DNA of 64,000 bases from Catajapyx aquilonaris (lineage: Eukaryota): NCBI GenBank assembly GCA_000934665.2, contig JYFJ02001980.1:1-64000 (forward strand), given 5' to 3'. This document shows, piece after piece, positions 52,444 to 64,000 of this stretch. Position 1 is the stretch's first letter, and the number at the start of each line of letters is the position of its first letter. A program made the position numbers and the translations under genes. The notes below the pieces were generated by a model. That model made no database searches and was not told the origin of the DNA. It saw only the letters and a list, made by a program, of their open reading frames with translations.

Positions 52444-54142
52444 ACAAGCAAGTGACACATAGTTGTATAACAATAATTTGCCCCGATTTGTGCGAAATCA
52501 TTAGGGTGACCATGCTCTCAAGTGGCCATCGCACAGATCGAGGCAGATTGTCAGACTGGGGGACGATTTCGCGAGTGTGCGAATGCCCCATGCACTGAAT
52601 TTCAAATCTAGTCATGCCTTACCTAACCTACTGTATACTGCAATACCGAGTCTAATCAGTGATTTCAATTTTATTCTCGAAGTAAATACCTAGTAGAATG
52701 GCATCTAAAATTGTTATCCTTTGACGGAGTTTGGTACTGAGATGAATAAGAAAATATACTAGTGGAACTTACAGGGATGGCGTGGATCCCCACGAGAGAC
52801 CAAGAAGATTGCGAGAGCTGTAGCTCCCGGAATACCGCCAAACTGAAGTGGCAAACAACAGTTGCCGTGTGTTAGGGGCGTGTAGGGAAACCTTGAACTG
52901 TCTAAAGAAATGTTGACCATGAGGGCAGTTGACCCTCCGGTTTGGTGAATAGCCGGGGCGTTGGCCTTTCAGCTGCCCAGTTCAGGCCTCCTGCTTGCCT
53001 TTCGGAGGAATGTGGGCTATAGGTGGCGGTGCTCTTGTCATGGAGACCCAATTTTATGACTTCGGGAGAAAATTATATATCCAGTGTCAGAGGAATTGTG
53101 CAAGCTGATTCTAAACAATGGCAAAGCAATGACTTGTGAACGACCTTGCGAAGTGCCATAAATAAATAAGCAAATAAAAACAATATATTTGTATAATTTG
53201 AAGCGCAGTATTGCATTGCATAAAAATAGTAATAATAATTGAAGGGTTCCGTTTGGGAGCTGTGTAGTCACATGGCCACATCTACCTGTCTGATTGAATC
53301 GAATTGGCTACACGCGGTGTAAGAGCTTCTCCCGTTATTCTTGCCGAATGCTTTAATGCGTAGGAAGAAGAAGTTCGGAAGTTGTAGATCGACAACAGAG
53401 TTCCCTCCCTGGGTTTAACTTAACCCACACCTAACATGGCCTTCAGAAACAATATCTTGCATATGTGGGTTTGCGGGTGTGTCATTTACTTATGGAATTA
53501 TTATTCATGCCGACGATTAATGTTAAACCCAACCTACAATGGCACTATAATTTTGTGATGTATTGACCATGTTCGCCTTTTCAATGCCTTGTTTTCATTG
53601 GTAGACTACGCATCCTGCCAACTGGTGTTAACGAACAGCTTCGTCTAAGGAATTCCTGCATTATTTTGAAGACCTGAATTGCAGAGCGTCAGTATGAATT
53701 GGCACAATTTCGAGATGAGATGGTTAGAAGATTGAATATCGTGCTATATCCTTGGGGATAATAATTTTTAATTTAAAATGCTCTAAGCTAAGGTATGCCC
53801 TATTCATTTCTCTAACCTCTCCTGACCATTAGGAGGTACAGTAAAGCGCAATATTACATAATGCTTAACACAATATTTGAACCAAAGTGTGAATCTGATA
53901 GTTCTGAGTGTGATGTTTTCATTCAGATTCATTACTTTTACTTTCAAAACCATGAGAGACAATTATAGGCCCACTCCTTTTATTTACAAAATTTAAACTG
54001 ACTTTCAGAGTTGGTCAGAGTGAGTGTCGTGAGTGAAGCTGATAGCCGAAGTGTTGCAGGATGTATAAATAGTGTCATTTCCATTTTGGCCACAAAAAAA
54101 GGATTTATTATAACTTACAGTAGCCCACCGATATACAGTATA

Positions 54143-54854
54143 CAGGGTTCGGAAATTGAAGGGAGGCGGAGTGGCGCTGCGGTTCGATCCAAGCTCGGCG
54201 TTCCCCCCTTCATCTCGTGCAGAGTTCGGGTCATCTCTGGCTTCGTCTCGGGTGGTATCTCCGTTAAGACAAACCACCCGGGGGAGTTCACAAACTGACC
54301 GCAACAACGACATTGCACTGCACTTTGCACATCCCATCCTGTCACCCTGCCCGTGGGTCCGGGCGTTTCAAAAACTATGGTTCCAATGTATAATACTATG
54401 TACAGTACAAAGAAACAACACCGGTACAATAAAGGTCCGTGCGAGAAACCCCAGTAGGGGTAAAGCACTACCCAAGGATTATCACTGAGTATATGCAACA
54501 TGGGTCTCCAACGCATAGTTACCGAGATAACTAGCATTAAATAAAAAGTGCATTATCCTAGGTTATAGGTATCGTATACTGCTTACGATACTTCAATCGC
54601 CTAGTCCATTCCCCGCTACACCTAACAGGATCGTAAATTTAAATTAAATAACATGGTAACACCTTCAATTTAAATGAAAAATGTAAGGTCGCGTGGAGGG
54701 ACGCATACGTGCCAGGATATTTTTATACCTTGTGCTTGGAGGACATTATCTCCGTAACTATGCGTCGGAGACCCATGTTGCATATAGTCAAAGTGATCGC
54801 CTAGAACCCATATATCATTTCCCAAAGCGACGGTAGATTAAATTTCCGACCCTG
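54143..54854. mobile_element. mariner-like non-autonomous element
   Basis: TA-CAGGGTTCGGAAATT...AATTTCCGACCCTG-TA plus an internal 40-bp inverted repeat (54491-54530 / 54746-54786). Confidence 0.65.
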
Positions 54855-56548
54855 TATATTGACATGCTTTCTAACGATTCACAATACGCAAATATGCTAT
54901 TTACGTATTTGCTCATATTTTCTAGTTTTTTCTCTTTTTCAATGAAGCTGCTAACTCATATTTCCTTCATTGTGAATTCCACTTGAATAACCAAATCCTG
55001 TCGATCATAATAATTATGTTAATATATTATGCTTCCACTAAGACGTAATTTTCTTCGGTGACACAGGGTTCGCCACTGTCTTTGCAACTTGTAGAGCCAC
55101 ATTCAAGGCTGGAATGACTTCCAAGCGTAATTTGCCGTCACCTGGCGGAAAACTTTGTAACTGTAAAGAAGCTGGGTCATCATTTTTGGCGCTTAGTTTG
55201 AAACATTATTTCTAAAAGCATAACTCAATTTTAACCATTCCAAATACGATGCAATATTGCTATTAAAATTACTTCCGCCACTTTGTTATTGTGTGTTTAT
55301 AAATTAGGCTCAACGTGTTCATATTTTTGCCCCATCCTCAATTCACTTGGTTTTAGGGGTGATATTTTTTTCGCATTAAAATACATATTTTCTGCAACTT
55401 AATTATTGATGAAGCATATTTTTAATTATCTGGCTATTTTCTTCAAGTCATACTGAATTTTTTCTAAGATAAGGACATGGTGCTATGCTGGAGAAACTGT
55501 ACATAACTACTTCAGAAAATAATTCTCGAAGAGTACACTTATTTTAGGAATGTAGGATCTGGATGTTAGATTTCGGTTATGTGTAACTGTTAGATGTCTG
55601 CATTGACATTTCCGTAAGATTTCGGCAGGAAGCCCCTGGATACAATGGGTCAATATTTTTGGAATGCCGTCCACATCCGAAATCAGAAGCCTCTTGTAAC
55701 GGAACACTGGGAGTAGAATAGCATTCCAAAAAGGTCTTCCAGCTGTGTGATTAATGACCACATTTGTTCACTTGACTCTCACTTTATTGCAATCTTGATA
55801 GTGTTTGATGACGCAATAGCCTATATCGGGAATATTACTTAGAATGTTGGAGGCGTCTTCATATTTCCATGAATGACGATCCGGTCCCATTTCCAGGAAA
55901 AATAAGTTGCAATCCGCGTTAAAATTAAGGTCAGTTACCCCTTCTTGACGTCAGCTACAAGCCACCTCAAATTTATCAAGAATCACCATTTATATGATTG
56001 GTTCTATCTATCCAGCCTTTTCCTAAATAAATTCTTGACACCAATCTCCCTGACAATCAACTTGTCTAGGTCATATATTAGCATTTGTCTCATAAGTTGA
56101 ATAATTTTCATATATGACACCCTCTTTCTGTCACACTATACAGTTTCTCACGGTCTGTGACCTATTGTACGTGTCGAATTCCAAACTCCCGCTTTCCGTT
56201 AGAAAACCTCGCGACGATAAATCCAAAGCAACAATTTCCTGGAATAATTTGGAGCCACCATTGAACCTAAATCGTGCATACCACCCCCCTCTGGGCTATT
56301 GTCTCAGAGGGAGCGGAAGAAGAATTACGGAAGAAGAAAAAAAAAAAATGCCGAAATGGTGCGTCCCTCCCTCTAGCTGTTGATGGCGCATGACGTCACC
56401 ACGGGGTGGACCAAGGGTCTCTAGAGGTAGTTGTTGGGTTGGAGCGGCCAAAAGAGAGCTGCTTCTTTGCGGTACACACACGTGGAGAGTGGTCGGGAGA
56501 GTGGTTCGTCAGTGCCAAACCCGACATAAGGGTGTGTGACAGGACAAC

Positions 56549-57378
56549 ATGAGGGCATTTTGCCTCTTGGTGCTTGTGGCTGTCCAGGCCAGAATATCCG
56601 AGTCGCAATCAGGAGGGTCGTCGAATTTTGCCGCCAGTTTGCTTACAGGTAATATATTGTCAGTTGCATGAGTTTCTAGTATGTAAACACCTCATACGCA
56701 CCATATAGCGTTATATTTTTAACGTGTAAGCTATTTGGTATTCTTATGGTGTAGAGTATTACGTAAGGTTTGATGATAGGCGACAAAAAGATGCCCTCTT
56801 TACAGTCCTCGATTACAGTTCACGTACCTTTATTGCCCTTGGTACAAATGGAGCGTTAAAAGGTATTGTTGTAAATAGCGAGACCTGCCATCCGTTTGGC
56901 AGCAAATAAAGTTGACAAACCGGGTGCTTATTGGTTCACATAACGACGGGAAACAATCTTCAAATCGTAGGTCCTACTCATAAAACTAATTGGCGTGATC
57001 CGATTGCATGAGAAACAGGCTGCGATAGCCTCAGGATTTCCACTCCTTTGTAACCTTGATTGACAGTACATTATTGGGTTATATCTTATCCTCCTATAAT
57101 GTGGGTTACTGGAAGTAACAAGTTTATAGAAGAATTATATTAAAAAATATTTGGCACACCATAACGTCAAGGTTTTTGCGTCACTCGGACGTACGAGTTC
57201 CCCAGGCACATCATTCTGTCTTTTTATGTAGTAACTTCTACTATCTGATCTTAAATATTTCTGGGATGTAACACGTGGTAACTTGTAACTGTACGTCGCT
57301 TAGACTTTTAAAAAAATATCCACTCTCTGACCTGGACTGGGCCATAATAACCAATATTGGCAGTCATCTCCTGAGTAC

Positions 57379-57444
<66 letters not shown>

Positions 57445-58733
57445 TTTGAATGAGAACAGCGAGGACTATCTATCTTTGTATCGGATCCTTATTTTGATGC
57501 TGTCGGAACCCCTGTTGAGTAGAGTTATCTCATGGGGCGTATGAATTTGCCACGTTCGCTAAGAATTCGGAAACCTTGCTCAAGGACACGTGATTATACC
57601 ACGGTTATTTCCCAAGTGCATCTCTCTGTCATGGCCACCCACTTACCAGTGCTTCCGTGTGTAATTAATAAGAGCCACCCCTTTTTTTACTTTACCTGGG
57701 TGTTGACAGGATGAGTTTGCAAAATCTCTCCTTACCCCTATACTCTTTTGCATGTATGCGTGGGTTTTTACACCGGCGGGGTAAATTAATTTTTATAGTC
57801 AAGGGGTCACCGACATGACTGGCACCAAGCCAGAGATGCTTAGAATTCTTTCGTAATAGGCCTTGCATTTAATCGAGAGAGGGATAAGTGTAATTTTTGG
57901 GTGGGGAAAAATTCAACAAATTGATTTACGGCCTCATTGGTCGTGTAATTTATGAGGCCAACTAATTTTGATTTACGAACTACACAGAGTTGTGGACAGA
58001 GTAGCGCACAAAAACACAATCAGCAAAAGCAACAAAGCGGATCAAGTAGGATTAGTTGTGTAGACACGAACAAAAACCCGGTGGTAAAAGAGGGAGAAAA
58101 AACTTGCCATACAAATGAAAATAATGGCTGCTGCACTAACCCGATTGCCTCTTCAACTCTTGTTAACAATTAATGCGGGCAGATCCGCGTCCAGACCTGT
58201 CATAATATTATTGCTAGCCCCATATTGGAAGACTATGGTGTAATTGTAATTGCAGTGTTGATTGTTGCACCGAAACTGGCAGACGTATTCGTTAGAAAAA
58301 ATGGGACCTTATGTCCAATAGAATAGAATGGAGGTAAATATTGGCAGTGAGATACGATATCACAAGTTCCAGTAGCGATATGCCACACTTTGTTGTCTGT
58401 GCCCTGATTAAAATATATCATATATATCCAAACTACTTCGGTATGACATATTATGTCATACCGAAGCAGTTTGGAGGAGGGGATATGGTGTTCGACTGCT
58501 AATCGGAAGGTCCTGGGATCAAATCCCGGGGCCGGCAACTCTGACCGTGGTTTTCTGGGGTTTCCCACGGTCCTTCCAGGAAGATTCCGGAGTTGCTTCC
58601 GTAATTAATAGGCCACAGCCGCTTCCTTCCGTCCCTATCATATCCCAAAGAGCACAGTAAAATGAAAAAGCAAGGAGTTCCAGGTAAAACAAACTTCCCC
58701 CCTAAAGAGCCGATGGCTGATAACGGGGTATGA

Positions 58734-58801
<68 letters not shown>

Positions 58802-59891
58802 AATATATGTCCCGAAGGTCATGCATCCCCCCCCCCCCCAAATAGCAGTACCCGGTAGAGTACCAATTTTTAAAAAGCTGTACCTTCGCCCGATTCAGCC
58901 ACTGGAACCACATATAAACCACATGACACGAAGTACTCAAATATATGACAAGAGGAACTGTATTTTGGACACACCTTGCCATAATAACGTTAGGCCAAAT
59001 GAATCCAAGTATAACCAGTATGCCACACTGACTGAGTACATAACACATTAAGAGTGTGATACCGGGTCGTCCTCGGAACAAGGCATGTCGTATTTTTTTA
59101 AATGTCGAGCTGTCTGTTCTGGTGCTGTAAGTGCTCCATTTTTGAGCTACAGATGCACACCTTTCTGAAGGTCATTGCCGGGACCTTGAAGTCCTTCCGA
59201 AAAGGGTCCGCTGGAATTCTTTTGAAAATAAAAAAAATCAAAAACCTTGAAATGTTTCAACTTCCCCTCTTAGGAGCAGCCATTTTTCCCCCCAATGACA
59301 ATACAACCCTGACACATGGAGAGCAAGGACTTAAAAAAACACGTGGCTGAACACAAGTACTACCAAAGCCGGGTTAAGTTTTCACGCTAACAGTACCGGC
59401 CAGGTTGCCAAAGTTTCAGACGGAGGAGCCAACTAACTGTTCACCTGATCATATGGCCAGGGCCACGTACACGCTGTTGCCTCGCAGTAAAAAGTGGTTT
59501 CTCCCACGTACCGTTAGTAGGGAAAGGAGACTCCTACGCAGAATACTACATGACTTGATCAACCATGCAGAGTGAATCATTTTTGTCGCGGAATCCATAT
59601 CCGTCATTAGATGCGATCTGAGGTTTCATGGCCTGATTTTTTTTGGTCTGAACTACTATTGTTGCGACTGATGATCAACACGTGTATTGTTTTGAAGATT
59701 TGTTGCGTCACAGGAAGTAGAATCAAATTCGGGTGTGGACCTTGTGAAATGGAGTGAGAAAGATATGCATGCAGGTGAATCGTTGATTCCCTTAGGTCAT
59801 GTCTCCGCCCTGTTGTACCAGTTGTTCAAGATACAAAACGATGCAAGTGCAGTAGCTTTTGTGACAGGTGGACAGCCTATACCACCTTCCC

Positions 59892-59966
<75 letters not shown>

Positions 59967-62900
59967 GGTAGTCCCCGGTCTACGAACGGGGTTACGTTCC
60001 TGAAAATGTCCATAAGTCAGATTTGTACGTAACTCGGATCCCTGAGGAACAGCGCATATTATACCTATGTACAACGCGGTAAAGATACTGCTCCAACGAA
60101 CCGCTTACGTCATGTGTGTCTGGTTTACATGCGCGAAGAACGTAGTTTCCGAATTATTTATTAATTACAGTATTTATGTTGAACTTGGTGCCGATCAAAG
60201 TACGAAAAAGTGATTAAAAGTGGAGGAATGATCATAAATTTTCCGTCCGTGGAACCTTGGAAGCCCGTTCGTAAGTACGGATCGCCGTAAGTCGTAAACC
60301 GGGGACTATGTAATAATTAAGAAAGCGCTTTATTCAAAATATGCTTAAGAAGCCGTATAGGAGGTCCACAAATATTTTCAGTAAATTCATTCGAGATAGA
60401 AAAAGAGTGACACGTTCTGCTGAAAACATTACGAAATGATTAGTCTCACCTTTGAACATTAGGTTTATACCTGAATGAGGGGGACGTGCAGATACTTCCG
60501 TTACCTGGAAAATCACAACTTCGGAGATGAGCACCTTTCCCCCTTTCACTTCAAGTTGTGCTTTCGCTTTGAATTACGTCAGTATTTCTTGATATTTCAT
60601 ACAACTCATTTTTCTTGCGTCCAACAGTTAATGCCAAATTTATATAATTATAACTTTATAGGCATTTTTTTCGACATAAAATATTTTTGTGGAGCATTTC
60701 TTATCGATTCATAGTAAGGTACTGTATACTCTACAGCAGATAGATATTCATTGCAAACTGTTCGGTCATAATCTCGGACATGAAATAAATTGTTGGACGA
60801 ATCAAATAAGAGAAAAGCACTTACCAAGCACTTACGCGTGTGCATAGCAGGCTGTTGATCATGTTACTACAAGTAAATAAAATAAATTAAATTGAGAGAA
60901 AATGAAACCCATTAGAGCAAGGGCCGAAGGCCTAGGTAATAGTGTAGATTCAGAGATCCAAGATAATAATTATGTAATTAATGTACACCTGTTCATTTAA
61001 TCTACCTCATATACTGTATGTACCAATTAGTATTATTATTTTAGTTGGGGAGGCCCTTTCAGACTTATATTGAGCGTGGAGTATTAGTAACTAAACTTAA
61101 TTAAGTTTTTTAAATAAAAAAGATCAGCTTCACCATTTCTCTGCACTATGCCGGACTTCGGCCCTTGTTCAGATGGGTCATTCATTAGTGCATGGATAAG
61201 TTACCGTTGAAAATATATTGAATCTGTAGATATTTTGAAACAGTAAGTAAGCTTACTTCGAGGGTTCTTAAAATATTCATCCTGCACAATGAAGTGACAT
61301 TTATCGTTTGCATTTTAGTAATTAACATTTCAAAAAGAAGATCAAAAATTGTACTGCATAAATAACTTATTGTCATCACATTAATTTGTATTGTACATTA
61401 TAAGGTTCATTTCGCCTGCAATTCTCTATCCATATTAGTTTCGAGCGATGCTTTAAAGCTATAGTTTCCTACGATGCTTCTGATCAGGTTAGTCACATTA
61501 TCTTCCTGTCACAATAATAAAAGCCTGTTAAATTAAGCAATTAAAGTCCCTGCCCTTCGCAAAGTACCTGTGATAACACTATTGGCACCAATCCCAGTAG
61601 TGTGGGTCTCACGGTATACGGCCTCTTCATCCGTAAAGTCCGTGCTGCAACCCAGTCAAGTTCGAGCACTGGGTCGTGAAAAGTAAGGCAGTATCTAACT
61701 TGTCTTATACCCTTCGTTTCCATGACCTCTCTTCTTGCTACGCGAAATGCATTTGGAACCGTATATTGACACTTGTTCTGGAACTGGAATGCTGGCATGT
61801 GGGAAAGCTAGTTCTTCTTTACCACTTGAAAGAGCTAGCTACCTTGTTATTTTTGAAACTGAGACATTTCAAGTGTAGTATGTTAATACATTGGTTACTA
61901 CTTGTATTGTACGAGTTTTTAAATGCGCGTGGAATAAAAATGATAGATTACAAGAGAGAAAGAAGTAGCACTTCGTAATAGCATAATACAATAATATCAA
62001 TTGAAGTTTATGGAAGGGTATTAAAAAAGAAGTGTGTAAAAAATTAGGCAAGTAAGAATGGATGCGACCTACATCCCAATAATTATCTTTCAATAAGCGG
62101 GATCATACCCTGTCTTGACCTACAGTAGATCTAGCTGACGTGAGTGTTGGTAGAAGCCGGATCATGGTTGCGCTTTGTGACCCAACTTTGTATTGATTTG
62201 CATGCAGCTCTGATCAAAGGACTTATTTCGTCACATACGAGTCCAACCAGGGGAATGTGTACTATAGGATAGCCTTTAAAATATGCATAATGTCAAGTGC
62301 CATTCTTAGACAGGCAATGCTTCTCACTGGGCGCTCTGAAGTTATTGTATCATACAAACGCACTGGAATCACAGCTTGTTGTCAATCGGAAATCACAAAA
62401 TACATCTGAATTTACAACTAAATGTCCACGGCTTGAAAATGTGGCGCATTTTATTACTGTTGTTGTTGTGGTGGTATACATTTCATATCATTTTTCTCTT
62501 TCTCTGTTGCAGGTCTTTTCGACACTATCACTGCAACGGCAGATAGCAAAGGTTGTCCGGGAAAATGTGTGCATGCTATTGCGTCGCTAATATGCGACGA
62601 CGTGATTGAAGACGCACCATGTCCATACGCATCTCTTCGGTGCTGTATCGAGAAGAAGCCTCCACCCATTTATCATCAAGAAGGTCAAGGCTCTGGAGAG
62701 AAGCACGAGGTCTCCACGCGACAACCAGTCAGCGTCGAAGAAGACGAAGATGACGAGGATGACGAAGACGATGATCTGGATGATGGGTATTACCGTCCTC
62801 ACATCGTGACGGCTGCACCCTCGTCCACGAGACCCATTCCGACTACCCATAAGCCTACTACTACGACAACTACCACTACCACCACAACTCGACCGACCAC

Positions 62901-62982
62901 TACGACAACTACTCCGAGACCTAAACCAGTGAGCACGACCAAGAAACCTGTACCGAATCCCGCCATTAGAACACCAGTTGTG
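56549..62982 (+). CDS. mas: Masquerade ortholog, 5' part (gene continues beyond the window)
   Basis: Exon 56549-56648 (MRAFCLLVLVAVQARISESQSGGSSNFAASLLT) joins in phase to exon 62513-62982 (GLFDTITATADSKGCPGKCVHAIASLICDDVIEDAPCPYASLRCC, acidic run, Thr-rich linker). This matches the masquerade N-terminus and first disulfide-knot repeat as recalled. Confidence 0.85.
57379..57444. repeat. (AAT)n microsatellite
   Basis: Direct reading of the sequence. Confidence 0.95.
58461..58800 (+). mobile_element. Full-length tRNA-derived SINE with (ATT)n tail
   Basis: Degenerate A/B boxes, central GTGGTTTTCTGGGGTTTCCCACGGTCCTTCCAGG...TAGGCCACAGCCGCTTCCTTCC, tail (ATT)n at 58733-58800; a second copy lies at 10945-11228. 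Confidence 0.85.
59892..59964. repeat. (AAT)n microsatellite
   Basis: Direct reading of the sequence. Confidence 0.95.
59965..60310. mobile_element. pogo/Tigger-like MITE
   Basis: TA-AAGGTAGTCCCCGGTCTACGA...TCGTAAACCGGGGACTATG-TA with internal CGTAAGT subrepeats. Confidence 0.7.
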
Positions 62983-64000
62983 GTGAGTGATTCTGATATT
63001 ACTTGACAAGGGTTTCATCTACAGTCATGCTCTCGCAGCTATATTATGAATAAGCAGTGGGACTGGTCAACGGTCGCTAAATTGGGTTGGATAGTCTGGT
63101 TTGACATGTTTCCAAAGGGACATGTTGCACTAAAAGGGATGGGGCATGGAGTTGCGTTTTGAATCACCAGACAAGAGCTTAGGGTTGTTGCTAGTTCGAT
63201 ACTAATTTTCGTCAAATGTGGTCCATCTATTCGTTCACAGCTGAGCGTCAAATCATATCGCTTAATTTTGTTGCGCAGTACCTTTTCATTACCTTTGGTA
63301 GTTATATTCAAAATTACACTATACTCGGCGTAAAAGTGACCTACCATACCTATACCCACTGTTGCAAAGGTCTGGCCTAGAATTGATCAAAAACAAAACA
63401 CAGTGCCGGATGAAACACGTGGAAGGGGATGCACTATGCTCTGGTATCTACTACTGTGCTCATCTGCTGTGCCTGCAACACTCTCGGACCTTTACAGGAT
63501 AGTACTGTCTCAGTTAATTAAGTCCCGGCATCACTTCTCATAGGACCATGGGCGAAACATGGCAAATGTGGACAGACAGTGACCAGGGAGACACTTACGT
63601 GGTGCAGAGCTTGCACATATTTGACTCTTACATTCCAAGGTATAGGAAATGTGCAAAAAAGGTGAACAATTACCACATAATAGGTTGAATTACACTGACA
63701 TGGAGGTTGGGAATATGTAGGACGCCAATTTTTCCGATTAATAAGTTTTTTATGGAAAAGGTGATGGTTCCAATCAACTAAAAAGTGAAAGCTACAATTG
63801 CAAAATAAGTTCACTGAGCTGAGACATAATATGATCGTTGTGGTGCGAATTTTCATATTGTGCCATTTCAAACTCCCAGGGGAAGCGACTGGAAAGTGTA
63901 AAAATTTCTGTTCATTGATTTTTTCCCCCTTAGTATTGTTCGATGTCGTTCAATTGTTAGAGTAGCATATTGCTTGCTAAAACTGACATTTAATAAAATT

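Noticed and set aside
55990..56075. CR1/L2-like C-terminal remnant (FRKRLD on the minus strand)
   Set aside because: Too short to support a call.

Overview
Eukaryotic, arthropod-type genomic DNA with short GT-AG introns and dense small mobile elements. No prokaryotic features, rRNA or CRISPR array were seen. Five spliced protein-coding genes were reconstructed by hand: (1) a neprilysin/M13 zinc metallopeptidase (minus, ~2.6-9.4 kb); (2) a secreted heme peroxidase of the peroxinectin/chorion-peroxidase type with an N-terminal clip-like domain and a Tyr/Asp-rich tail (plus, 18254-21284); (3) an active clip-domain trypsin-like protease resembling Drosophila CG7432 (minus, 21589-36557); (4) a catalytically dead clip-type serine protease homolog with a 2-kb mucin-like exon (minus, 41294-47612); (5) the 5' part of a masquerade ortholog (plus, from 56549, running past the window). 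Introns and intergenic DNA hold many MITEs and foldbacks, non-autonomous Helitrons, tRNA-derived SINEs and microsatellites. The most notable leads are a palindromic transposase-derived hairpin inside a host intron, a possible cryptic Pro/Arg-rich peptide in the protease pro-region, an RGDS motif created by a predicted 24-nt microexon, the Tyr-rich peroxidase tail, a circularly permuted SINE copy and a tRNA-like cloverleaf in a 3' UTR. Exon models and family assignments come from reading the sequence and recalled motifs, not from database searches.
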